From the NCBI RefSeq assembly GCF_901875575.1, contig NZ_CABFMF010000033.1, positions 35,747-99,746 of the forward strand: 64,000 bases of DNA, given 5' to 3'. Under the pieces are notes generated by a model. The model was not told the DNA's origin. It saw only the letters and a program-made list of their open reading frames with translations, and ran no database searches. This DNA comes from an uncultured Streptococcus sp. GTDB taxonomy: Bacteria > Bacillota > Bacilli > Lactobacillales > Streptococcaceae. Positions 1 through 8,658 of this stretch are shown here, piece by piece; positions within the stretch are counted from its first letter, which is position 1, and each line of letters starts with the position of its first letter. The position numbers and the translations under genes were made by a program.

Positions 1-226
1 GAATTGTAGAAAAAAGACGTCAGTGGGGGCTGACGACTAGTTAGAGATGGTGAATTTCAAAATGCGATATGAGCACTATTTCAAAAATTCTCTTTTATTC
101 TAACACTAAATAAAAGAAATGTAAATCTCATTTTGATAATTTTCTTTTTTCTACAAAATATAGAAAAAAGAGGTACATATTATTAGAATATCAAACTTAT
201 TAAATAGAGAATCAATCCAAGTAGGA

Positions 227-1081
227 TTGGATTTTGTTGATGTAGATACATCAAAGGATGTTAAATTATTTTTAGACCCATTGTTGCTATCAGATGGTTT
301 TAGAAATATTGTTAACGATTTTGTAAATACAGTCTATAAAATGTATATTCTGGGTAATAAAGCAGATGCATTACAACTATTTTCACACTCTAAAGAATGT
401 AATGCTATCCACTTTGGATATTCTGAGAGTAACTCCAAAGGGACAGGTGTTTCAATGAAGATGCTTGATCAATTTTTTGGGTATGTCTATAAATCGGTAG
501 ATAAAATCAAAGAAAAATTACTGACACCTATAGCAATGCCGATTTTTGTAAAGAGTTTTTCAGAAGATAGGATGTCTGATTTGTTAGTAAGTTTATTAAA
601 AAAAGAATTGATTTTATATTCTTTAGAACAAGCTCGATTACACGGTTTAAAAATCAGTAATGAAGTACAACGTTTTGATTATTGGGATTCCGAGAGTCAT
701 GAGTGGGCTACCTTTGAAAGCCAGTATGTTCTTGCTCCTAATGAAAATGGTGTAGAGGAACTTCTTATCTTAGTTCCGAAGTTTGTTGTAAGTAAAAGAT
801 TTTTAGTAAATCCTTCTAGATATATTTCAGTAATTTTTCAACACTTGCAGTTGATGGAAAAGTACCAAAGGACTAATGGTACACCAAAATCTAAAAAAGA
901 ATTACGGGAATCAGAGATAGTAGCAAAATATCAAAAGGATAAAGATAAAAGCTATATTTTAGATATGACATTGACATCGCCTGAATACTATGATGTATAC
1001 TATGATAATGCAATTAGGTTTAGTGATAATAAATCTATGACAGATGAAGAGTTAATAGAGTGCCTTACAAAGGATAGATAA
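227..1081 (+). CDS. hypothetical protein, 284 aa, no motif I can assign
   Basis: Uninterrupted ORF in AT-rich DNA immediately upstream of the type I R-M operon. The TTG at 227 has no usable RBS. The frame is open back to 164, and a good RBS (AAGAGG, 168-173) precedes in-frame ATT ATT at 179-184, so the true start is uncertain. Confidence 0.5.
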   Translation: MDFVDVDTSKDVKLFLDPLLLSDGFRNIVNDFVNTVYKMYILGNKADALQLFSHSKECNAIHFGYSESNSKGTGVSMKMLDQFFGYVYKSVDKIKEKLLTPIAMPIFVKSFSEDRMSDLLVSLLKKELILYSLEQARLHGLKISNEVQRFDYWDSESHEWATFESQYVLAPNENGVEELLILVPKFVVSKRFLVNPSRYISVIFQHLQLMEKYQRTNGTPKSKKELRESEIVAKYQKDKDKSYILDMTLTSPEYYDVYYDNAIRFSDNKSMTDEELIECLTKDR

Positions 1082-1108
1082 GGTTAGATTTGGAATAGTG
1101 CTATTAGG

Positions 1109-1137
1109 GAAGAAGTAATTTCTTCTCTTTTTTCTTT
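1109..1137 (+). terminator. weak hairpin plus T-run after the 284-aa ORF
   Basis: agaag-taattt-cttct followed by cttttttctttg. The stem is only 5-7 bp. Confidence 0.3.
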
Positions 1138-1164
1138 GTTATCAGCATTTGTTATTATGATTCA

Positions 1165-1173
1165 TGATATAAT
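1165..1173 (+). promoter_or_regulatory. extended -10 element (TGaTATAAT) likely driving hsdS-KAP-hsdM
   Basis: tgatataat lies about 34 nt upstream of the hsdS start. No clear -35. Confidence 0.45.
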
Positions 1174-1206
1174 ATAAAAAATGAGAAATAAGGTAAGGAG
1201 AAGAGT

Positions 1207-2427
1207 TTGAAAGCTTTACTACCTAAAATAAAATTTAAAAATTTTGATGAGAAATGGAATAGAAAAAAATTACATAGTATTGCGCCCCTGCGTGGAGGCT
1301 TTGCTTTCAAAAGTGAAAAATTTCAAAATACTGGGATTCCAATTGTTAGAATATCAAATATCAAATTTGACGGAACTATTGGAGGGGAGTTTGAATATTA
1401 TTCTAAGATAATTTCAGATGAAAAATTTGTTCTTAGAGGGCGTTCAATTCTATTGGCTATGTCAGGAGCAACTACTGGGAAAATAGCGATGCTAGATTCT
1501 GAGGAAGAATACTATCAAAATCAACGAGTCGGCTATTTCCAAAATACTGGGGAAGTAGACTATGATTTTCTCTCTTCTGTTTTGCAGACGAAAGCATTTA
1601 CTAACCAACTAAATGCTGTATTAGTAGCAGGTGCACAACCAAATATATCTTCCAAAGAAATTGATTCCTTTGAATTTTATATTCCAGACTCAATAGAAGA
1701 ACAATCCGCCATTGGTTATCTTTTATGCACCCTTGACGACCTTCTGTCTAGCTACAAGGATAATCTCACCAACTACCAAGCTCTCAAGGCGACCATGCTC
1801 TCAAAAATGTTTCCCAAGGATGATCAGTCTGTTCCAGAGATTCGTTTGGATGGATTTGAAGATAGATGGGAAGAAAGGTGTATAGGGGAGTTGGCTGATA
1901 TTGTTCGTGGTGCTTCTCCTAGACCAATACAAGATCCAAAATGGTTTGATTCTAATTCAGAAATTGGTTGGTTAAGAATTTCAGATGTGACAAATCAGAA
2001 TGGTAGAATTCATAGTTTAGAGCAAAAAATTTCAAAATTAGGTCAAGAAAAAACAAGAGTTCTAACAGAACCTCATTTATTACTTAGTATTGCTGCAACT
2101 GTTGGTAAACCTGTGGTCAACTATGTTAAAACGGGGGTACATGATGGATTTTTAATTTTTATGAATCCAAAATTTGATAGAGAATTTATGTTTCAATGGT
2201 TAGAGATGTTTAGAGAAAAATGGAATCGATATGGTCAACCAGGAAGTCAAGTAAATCTCAATAGTGATATTGTAAAAAATCAAAAAATACTTATCCCTTC
2301 TATGGAGGAGCAACGTGCCATCGGCACTTACTTCTTAAATCTCGATAACCTCATCAGCTCTAACCAAGAAAAAATTTCTCAGCTAGAAATACTGAAAAAG
2401 AAACTCTTGCAGGATATGTTTATTTAA
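1207..2427 (+). CDS. hsdS: type I restriction-modification specificity subunit HsdS
   Basis: Two target-recognition halves, each followed by the conserved HsdS spacer motif (IPDSIEEQSAIGYLL...SSYKDNL and IPSMEEQRAIGTYFL...LLQDMF). TTG start with an AAGGAG RBS about 8 nt upstream. Confidence 0.9.
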   Translation: MKALLPKIKFKNFDEKWNRKKLHSIAPLRGGFAFKSEKFQNTGIPIVRISNIKFDGTIGGEFEYYSKIISDEKFVLRGRSILLAMSGATTGKIAMLDSEEEYYQNQRVGYFQNTGEVDYDFLSSVLQTKAFTNQLNAVLVAGAQPNISSKEIDSFEFYIPDSIEEQSAIGYLLCTLDDLLSSYKDNLTNYQALKATMLSKMFPKDDQSVPEIRLDGFEDRWEERCIGELADIVRGASPRPIQDPKWFDSNSEIGWLRISDVTNQNGRIHSLEQKISKLGQEKTRVLTEPHLLLSIAATVGKPVVNYVKTGVHDGFLIFMNPKFDREFMFQWLEMFREKWNRYGQPGSQVNLNSDIVKNQKILIPSMEEQRAIGTYFLNLDNLISSNQEKISQLEILKKKLLQDMFI

Positions 2428-2438
2428 GGATTTGAAGT

Positions 2439-4319
2439 ATGAGCGATATTTTTATAGAATTGGAGAAGATTGACACTTCAGAAGCAGCAAAAAATTTTGC
2501 TGAACTACTGCAAGAAGATAAAACATATTTTCTTAATGGAAACTGGGGATCAGGGAAATCAACATTTTTACAGGATGTAAATAAGAATAAAAAGATAAAA
2601 CTAATTACTATGGATTTTTGGAGATTAACAGATAATCGTTCAATGATTGAAGTAACATTTTCAAAACTCCACCCAATTTTTTACTTAGTTTTGATGAGGT
2701 TAAGTCTTGTTGTATTTGTGATAGTTTCTATTTTGATGACGAATGTTGTTGACATAGGATTGGGTGAGTATTTTGGTTCTGAGAAATCAGTGATTTTGAA
2801 AATTGGAGGATTGGTATCTCTAGGAGTTGCAGTTTGGAATGTTTTTAAATATAAATCTGATGAGTTGTATAGCTTCTTATTAACTAGACTACATAAATTT
2901 TCTAAGATTTTAGTTATTGATGATTTTGATAGAATGTTGGAAAAGCAGCAAGAAGACTGTTATAAGCTTTTTAGTTTGATAAATGGAAAGCTACCTATTA
3001 TTTTTGTTGGTGATATGACACTACTTTATAAGAGAGGAGATAACTATCTATCAAAGATAATTGATAGGCAAGTTGAGTTACCTTTTGTACTACATTCTTC
3101 AAATATTTGGGATAGTTATTTTCATTTATTAGAAAAAAAGTTTGGCGTTTATTTATCAGAGAACTTTAAAAAAAGAGTTAAAAGTGACCAGAGAAATTTA
3201 CGTGATAGGGAACATTTTAATGATTATGTAAATAAAGAATTTTTTACAAGAAGGAAATTTGGTCGTGTTCAAGTGGAACAACAGTTATTAATTATCTATG
3301 CTTACTTGTTTTATCCAGAACTCTATAAGAAAATGCTCAACAATATACAAATAGTCATAGAAGAGAATGAGAAAACAAAGCTAGAAGATTTCCTCCGTAA
3401 AGGCCACACAATAAAAGAGCTGTTATCTGAAATCCAAAAAGTTGATAATGAGCAATATCCACTAAGTTTTAATAAGAATAGTATGGAATATTTTCTTTAT
3501 GAAGTGCCTATGAATCGTACAAAAGATGAATTAGATACCTTGTTCGTGGAACAGTCAGATAAATTTATACAAGAGTTATTAAATTCGGATCAAAAGACTG
3601 ATTTTTATCAATATTTGAATAATCAATTTGCAGATTTTTCTGATATTCAGAAAAAAAGTTTACTAAATATTGTTATTAATGAATCTATGAAGTTTAAAAA
3701 TAGTCCCTCTATGACTCTTATTGTCCAAGAAATGTATAATGAGATAGTGCCTCCATATGAAAGAAATTATCCCCTAACAAAAGATGTGATTTCTAAAATT
3801 GTTGAAATGTGGGAAAATATTTTAAAACCTGCAGGATTAGATCAATCTGAGATTATATATTTTTTAGAAAAGCATAGAGTATTGAGCTTCCATGATTTAG
3901 GGTGCCATTTTCATGATTTAGATATTGGTTGTCAAACCTTTACAAAGTATCGTAGAAAAGATTTTCTTCTATTGACTTATTTAGCTTCAGTGGAAAAATT
4001 TAGCAAATTTGATAGTTGGGATAGCAGTATATGGGATTTTATAAATCATTTCAACGATACAGAATTTCTATCATTCTGGACATTTCAGTCTATTCTATCG
4101 AATGAATATGGCTTTGATGGATTTGATATTATTCCTGAAAATAAGAAATATATTCTTTGGACAGGGAGATATATGTTTGCTCCGCCAAATGACTATGTAA
4201 GTTATGAAAAGACAGTAATTTTAAATATTCGGGAAAAACTAAATCAAATGGAGTCAAATGGATTCGTATTTGAAGCCAAAATTGATGAACTAAAGAAACC
4301 ATTATCAATGAAAACTTAG
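2439..4319 (+). CDS. KAP-family P-loop NTPase with two transmembrane helices inserted in the NTPase domain (626 aa)
   Basis: Walker A GNWGSGKST (aa 34-42). Hydrophobic helices at about aa 80-104 and 117-136. Walker B ILVIDDFDR (aa 157-165). This is the diagnostic KAP arrangement. About 460 aa of C-terminal sequence have no motif I recognise. Gaps to hsdS and hsdM are 11 nt each. Confidence 0.75.
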   Translation: MSDIFIELEKIDTSEAAKNFAELLQEDKTYFLNGNWGSGKSTFLQDVNKNKKIKLITMDFWRLTDNRSMIEVTFSKLHPIFYLVLMRLSLVVFVIVSILMTNVVDIGLGEYFGSEKSVILKIGGLVSLGVAVWNVFKYKSDELYSFLLTRLHKFSKILVIDDFDRMLEKQQEDCYKLFSLINGKLPIIFVGDMTLLYKRGDNYLSKIIDRQVELPFVLHSSNIWDSYFHLLEKKFGVYLSENFKKRVKSDQRNLRDREHFNDYVNKEFFTRRKFGRVQVEQQLLIIYAYLFYPELYKKMLNNIQIVIEENEKTKLEDFLRKGHTIKELLSEIQKVDNEQYPLSFNKNSMEYFLYEVPMNRTKDELDTLFVEQSDKFIQELLNSDQKTDFYQYLNNQFADFSDIQKKSLLNIVINESMKFKNSPSMTLIVQEMYNEIVPPYERNYPLTKDVISKIVEMWENILKPAGLDQSEIIYFLEKHRVLSFHDLGCHFHDLDIGCQTFTKYRRKDFLLLTYLASVEKFSKFDSWDSSIWDFINHFNDTEFLSFWTFQSILSNEYGFDGFDIIPENKKYILWTGRYMFAPPNDYVSYEKTVILNIREKLNQMESNGFVFEAKIDELKKPLSMKT

Positions 4320-4330
4320 AAAGAAACATT

Positions 4331-5932
4331 ATGGAAACAACACAAACGTCCCAGTCGCTTTACCAAGCCCTGTGGAACTCAGCGGATGTTCTCCGCTCTA
4401 AGATGGATGCTAATGACTACAAGTCCTATCTTTTGGGTATGGTCTTTTATAAGTACCTGTCAGATAAGATGCTCTTTTTCGTGGCGGAGACTATGGAGGA
4501 GGGGAGTGGGAGTCTAGAGGCTGCCCTTGAGGTCTATCGTAACTACTATGAGGATGCGGACACCCACGAGGATCTTCTTGCAGTGATGAAGAACGAACTC
4601 AACTATAGTATCAAGCCTGAGTTGACCTTTACGGCTCTAGTAGCACGTGTCAATGAGGGGACTTTCCAGTTGGAAGATTTGGCTCAGGGTTTTCGTGATA
4701 TTGAGCAGAGTGATGAACTCTATGAAAACCTCTTTGAAGATATTGACCTCTATTCCAAAAAGCTAGGGGCGACTCCGCAAAAGCAAAACCAAACGGTGGC
4801 GGCAGTCATGAAGGAGTTGGCTGTGCTAGATGTGGCTGGCCATGCTGGTGATATGCTGGGGGATGCTTATGAGTATCTGATCGGTCAGTTTGCGACTGAC
4901 TCGGGTAAGAAGGCTGGTGAGTTCTATACACCTCAGCCTGTTGCCAAACTTATGACTCAGATTGCCTTTTTGGGTCGTGAGGACCAGCTAGGCTTTACCA
5001 TCTATGATGCGACCATGGGGTCTGGCTCTCTCTTGCTCAATGCCAAGAAATACTCTCATAAACCGCAGACAGTGGTCTACTTTGGGCAGGAGCTCAATAC
5101 CTCGACCTATAACTTGGCTCGGATGAACATGATCCTACACGGTGTTCCAGTTGAAAATCAATTTCTCCACAATGCTGATACACTAGATGAAGACTGGCCA
5201 ACCCAGGAACCAACCAACTTTGACGGTGTTCTCATGAACCCTCCCTACTCTGCCAAGTGGTCTGCTAGCTCTGGCTTCCTGAATGACCCTCGTTTCTCTC
5301 CATTTGGGAAACTAGCACCCCAGTCCAAGGCTGACTTTGCCTTTCTCTTGCATGGTTACTACCATCTTAAGCAGGATAATGGAGTCATGGCTATCGTCCT
5401 TCCCCACGGTGTTCTTTTCCGTGGAAATGCGGAAGGGACCATTCGTAAGGCCTTGTTAGAAGAAGGGGCTATTGATACAGTAATCGGTCTACCTGCTAAT
5501 ATCTTCTTTAACACCAGCATTCCGACCACGGTTATCATTCTCAAAAAGAACCGTACCAACCGTGATGTCTACTTTATCGATGCTTCTAAGGAGTTTGATA
5601 AGGGGAAAAACCAGAATATCATGACGGATACTCATATCGAGAAGATTTTGGAAGCCTACAAGTCTCGTGAGGAGATTGACAAGTTTGCCCATCTGGCAAG
5701 TTATGAAGAAATCGTTGAAAATGACTATAACCTCAATATCCCTCGCTATGTAGATACTTTTGAGGAAGAAGAAGTCGAACCACTGACAGATATCGTCAGC
5801 AAGATTAACACGACAAATCAAGCAATCCAAAACCAAACAGCTTCTCTACTTGAAATGCTCGGTCAACTACACGGAACTACACCAGAAGCCGATGCTGAGC
5901 TTAAAGAGTTTTTGAAAGAGTTTGAAGGGTGA
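4331..5932 (+). CDS. hsdM: type I restriction-modification N6-adenine DNA methyltransferase subunit HsdM
   Basis: HsdM N-terminal region, SAM-binding motif DATMGSGSLL, and catalytic NPPY (LMNPPYSAKW). Confidence 0.92.
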   Translation: METTQTSQSLYQALWNSADVLRSKMDANDYKSYLLGMVFYKYLSDKMLFFVAETMEEGSGSLEAALEVYRNYYEDADTHEDLLAVMKNELNYSIKPELTFTALVARVNEGTFQLEDLAQGFRDIEQSDELYENLFEDIDLYSKKLGATPQKQNQTVAAVMKELAVLDVAGHAGDMLGDAYEYLIGQFATDSGKKAGEFYTPQPVAKLMTQIAFLGREDQLGFTIYDATMGSGSLLLNAKKYSHKPQTVVYFGQELNTSTYNLARMNMILHGVPVENQFLHNADTLDEDWPTQEPTNFDGVLMNPPYSAKWSASSGFLNDPRFSPFGKLAPQSKADFAFLLHGYYHLKQDNGVMAIVLPHGVLFRGNAEGTIRKALLEEGAIDTVIGLPANIFFNTSIPTTVIILKKNRTNRDVYFIDASKEFDKGKNQNIMTDTHIEKILEAYKSREEIDKFAHLASYEEIVENDYNLNIPRYVDTFEEEEVEPLTDIVSKINTTNQAIQNQTASLLEMLGQLHGTTPEADAELKEFLKEFEG

Positions 5933-5965
5933 TGGAGAAATAGTTAGATACATCTATCAGATTTG

Positions 5966-6004
5966 AAATACCAGCCAAATTAACTTTTGGTTGGTATTTG
6001 TTTT
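5966..6004 (+). terminator. rho-independent terminator of the hsdS-KAP-hsdM operon
   Basis: aaataccagccaaa / tttggttggtattt 14-bp stem, 6-nt loop, then gtttt. Confidence 0.75.
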
Positions 6005-6011
6005 CTAAAAA

Positions 6012-6046
6012 TGATATAATTAAATTACCTAAAAGGTAATTTAATT
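6012..6046 (+). promoter_or_regulatory. extended -10 promoter overlapped by a perfect 12-5-12 palindrome (probable HigA operator)
   Basis: tgatataat at 6012-6020. aattaaattacc-taaaa-ggtaatttaatt at 6018-6046 has perfect inverted arms. It lies 17 nt upstream of the higB ATG. Confidence 0.7.
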
Positions 6047-6062
6047 TAACAGAAAGGGACAT

Positions 6063-6401
6063 ATGAAGCTTATCTATACAAACAAAACTGTTGAAAAGCA
6101 GTGCACAGAGCTGAGGAGAGCGAAAAAGGATTTTTCGGATAAGGTTGCTGTAAAGTTGCATCTCTTGATTAACTTTTTGGAAGCGGCGGATTCTTTAGCT
6201 AGTGTGACAGCTTTTCCTAAATATCACTTTCATCAACTAAAGGGAAAGAGACAGGGGCAGTTTGCTTTGGATATAGATGGTCGAAGGAGTTCCTATCGGT
6301 TGATTGTAGAATTTCGTGACGAGGATTTAGAAAAAGTGTTTCCAAATCCTGTTGAGATCGAAATCTTAAAAATAGAGGAGGTCAGCAATCACTATGAGTA
6401 A
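6063..6401 (+). CDS. higB: HigB-type (plasmid maintenance killer, RelE/ParE superfamily) toxin
   Basis: 112 aa. C-terminal YHFHQLKGKRQGQFALDIDGRRSSYRLIVEF matches the HigB killer-protein signature. Overlaps the downstream antitoxin gene by 8 nt. Confidence 0.75.
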   Translation: MKLIYTNKTVEKQCTELRRAKKDFSDKVAVKLHLLINFLEAADSLASVTAFPKYHFHQLKGKRQGQFALDIDGRRSSYRLIVEFRDEDLEKVFPNPVEIEILKIEEVSNHYE

Positions 6402-7479
6402 TAAAATTGTTGAATACAAAGACCTGATTGCTTTTCATCCAGGTCAGTATGTCAGTGAGTTAATCGAAGATTATAATGTAACGCAGAAGGAATTTGCGAA
6501 GCGTTTGGGAGTTTCGGCAAAGACTGTCAGCAAGCTCGTCAATGCTGAGGAGTCCATCAGTAAAGAAACGGCTCATAAGTTAGCTAAGCTAAGCGGAGTT
6601 TCCATGCAAACTTGGCTCAATCTTCAGAATGCTTATGATATAAAAGTGGCTGAGATTGCAGAGAAAAGAGAGCTTGAAGAAGGTAGCGAGAAAGAAATCT
6701 GTGAGATGATTGATTTCAAGTATTTTAAGGAAAAAGGCTACGTTCCAGACAAACGCTATAGCTTGAAGGAAAAGATTGTCGAGCTTCGCAAGATTCTAGG
6801 TGTGGCAAGTTTAGAAAATCTTACATCTTTTAATCATCTAGTCAGCTATCGGAATACGCGTAAGTTCACGACTAAAAGTATAGTGAATTCCAATATTATG
6901 TTGGAGTTGGCGTCTAAAAAAGCACGTGATACAACAACTATCAAGCTCAATCGTAGAAAGCTAGAAAGAAGCTTGCCTGCTTTGAGAAAGTTGAGCAGAC
7001 AAGATCCAGAAGAATTTACTCAACGTTTGTCTGATATTTTGTTAGACTGTGGTGTTGTCCTAGTCGGTCTACCTGCCTTACCAAATGCCAATCTGAATGG
7101 AGCGACTAAAAAATTCAATAATGGCAGTGCCTTGCTTTTACTCACGGATAGAAACAAAGCATCTGATATTTTCTGGTTCTCACTCTTTCATGAGATAGGA
7201 CATATTCTGGAAAATGATTTTTCATCTGATGATGGGAATAGCGAATCCTATCTTCGTTCTGAGGAACAGGCAGATCAGTTTGCAAAAGATTTCTTGATTA
7301 GACCAGAAGATTACCAGACTTTTATCAAAAAAGGAAATTTTGATAAGTCGGATATTCTAGATTTTGCAGAGGAAATAGATATTCATCCGAGCGTTGTTTT
7401 AGGCAGATTACAAAATGAGGGTATTCTTGGTTTTGACCGTTTCCGAGAACTAAAAGAAAATTATTACTTTGTTTCCTAA
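6394..7479 (+). CDS. higA: HigA-family HTH antitoxin fused to an ImmA/IrrE-type zinc metallopeptidase domain (361 aa)
   Basis: The N-terminus FHPGQYVSELIEDYNVTQKEFAKRLGVSAKTVSKLVN...WLNLQNAYD is the HigA HTH signature. The C-terminal half carries HEIGH (FHEIGHIL), typical of COG2856 peptidases. Confidence 0.75.
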   Translation: MSNKIVEYKDLIAFHPGQYVSELIEDYNVTQKEFAKRLGVSAKTVSKLVNAEESISKETAHKLAKLSGVSMQTWLNLQNAYDIKVAEIAEKRELEEGSEKEICEMIDFKYFKEKGYVPDKRYSLKEKIVELRKILGVASLENLTSFNHLVSYRNTRKFTTKSIVNSNIMLELASKKARDTTTIKLNRRKLERSLPALRKLSRQDPEEFTQRLSDILLDCGVVLVGLPALPNANLNGATKKFNNGSALLLLTDRNKASDIFWFSLFHEIGHILENDFSSDDGNSESYLRSEEQADQFAKDFLIRPEDYQTFIKKGNFDKSDILDFAEEIDIHPSVVLGRLQNEGILGFDRFRELKENYYFVS

Positions 7480-7618
7480 GAGTCAGGAAATTTTTAGAAG
7501 AAGAAAAAGTTTCATACAGTTAGTAATTATTATTTCTTTTTTGCTCATATTCCGCTCATTTTTAAGATACAACTTTGTTTCCGTATTTCCTGGAAACTGA
7601 TAGAAAGTAAGGAGAAAG

Positions 7619-8023
7619 ATGGAAACGAACAACCAACGTGCCCTTTGCCAGCAACTCTGGGCTCAAAACAAATACCTAGTCTTGAGTCATTCTAGTAATA
7701 TTTACAATGAGATTCGTCAGTATCTCAAGAATGAAGAGGTGGAAGTGACTCATGTTCAGGAAATGATTGACCGTGCCTGCCAGATTCCAGAACACAGGGG
7801 TCAGGTTTGCAATGCCTTTCAGCATATTTGGGGCTATTTCAAAAAGAAAGCGACAGATGCTGAGCGCAAGGACTATATGCTCTTGCTTGATCGCTACCGC
7901 TTTGGTCAGGATTCCAAGGAAGATGTGATTGCTAAAACCCGAGATTTGCTTGAACGCTATCCAAATACCTATTTGCAACATTCAACGTTACTGAAAGGAG
8001 ATTCCCATGAGACTTTGGCATGA
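7619..8023 (+). CDS. DUF1722 (YbgA-like) protein
   Basis: 134 aa with the motif AFQHIWGYFKK that I recognise from DUF1722 proteins. Strong RBS (AAGGAGAAAG). Confidence 0.6.
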   Translation: METNNQRALCQQLWAQNKYLVLSHSSNIYNEIRQYLKNEEVEVTHVQEMIDRACQIPEHRGQVCNAFQHIWGYFKKKATDAERKDYMLLLDRYRFGQDSKEDVIAKTRDLLERYPNTYLQHSTLLKGDSHETLA

Positions 8024-8372
8024 GGCTTTGATTTCACAGCTTCCTCGTCCTCAACTCTTGGGGCAACATCGAGAGTGTTGCGCCCTGCGTGGCAATGGCT
8101 GGGGCAGAAAGCATGCAACGGTGGACTATGTCTTTACCCACTCGCCCTATCGTCTCTATGCCTATCATGACTTGATCATGAAGGAAATGGCTGACCGTGG
8201 CTATAATATCAGTCCAGAGTGGTTGGATAAAAACTATCGTGGTAAGATTTGTCCTTCTTATGAGGATTTACCTGAGGAGACTTTGACAAGCCCTATTTAC
8301 AAGGAACACGATGCTACCTACTATAAGGAGTGTCTGGATAATCTACGAGAGAAGGGGATTGAGCTGGAATAA
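8007..8372 (+). CDS. pyrimidine dimer DNA glycosylase / endonuclease V family (Pyr_excise-like)
   Basis: The N-terminus [36 protein letters not shown] is the family signature. Overlaps the DUF1722 gene by 17 nt. Confidence 0.75.
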   Translation: MRLWHEALISQLPRPQLLGQHRECCALRGNGWGRKHATVDYVFTHSPYRLYAYHDLIMKEMADRGYNISPEWLDKNYRGKICPSYEDLPEETLTSPIYKEHDATYYKECLDNLREKGIELE

Positions 8373-8658
8373 TAGTAAGGATAGCCGCATCAAACTCAAT
8401 AAACTAAATGACTATATCGAGTTGCTTAGTCAGCATGGGACGAGAGCTGGGGAACCCTATATCAAACACTTGGAAGATGAAATATGGGAACTAAGACCTT
8501 TGAGAGATCGAATTTTATTTGTAGCATGGGTTGATGGTAGTTTTGTTCTTTTACATCATTTTGTCAAAAAGACTCAGAAAACTCCTAGAAGAGAAATTGA
8601 AAAAGCCAAGCGTGAACTGAAGGACTTAAAAGAAAGAGGGTTAAGTGATGAAGAATAG
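8359..8658 (+). pseudogene. 5'-truncated Gp49/HigB-like (RelE/ParE superfamily) toxin gene
   Basis: The core [50 protein letters not shown]...[16 protein letters not shown] is typical of the family, but about 25 N-terminal residues are missing. The ORF runs back into the glycosylase gene. The only plausible start is TTG 8359, after GAGAAGGGG. Confidence 0.55.

Noticed and set aside
16-38. Hairpin cgtcag-tggggg-ctgacg at the window start, considered as a terminator of an off-window upstream gene.
   Set aside because: It has only a 6-bp stem. The T-run is on the wrong side for a plus-strand terminator, and the upstream context is missing.
1207-2427. Possibility that hsdS is a phase-variable, shufflable locus like the pneumococcal ivr or tvr loci.
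   Set aside because: The window contains no silent or inverted hsdS fragments, no inverted repeats within hsdS that I could see, and no site-specific recombinase next to it.
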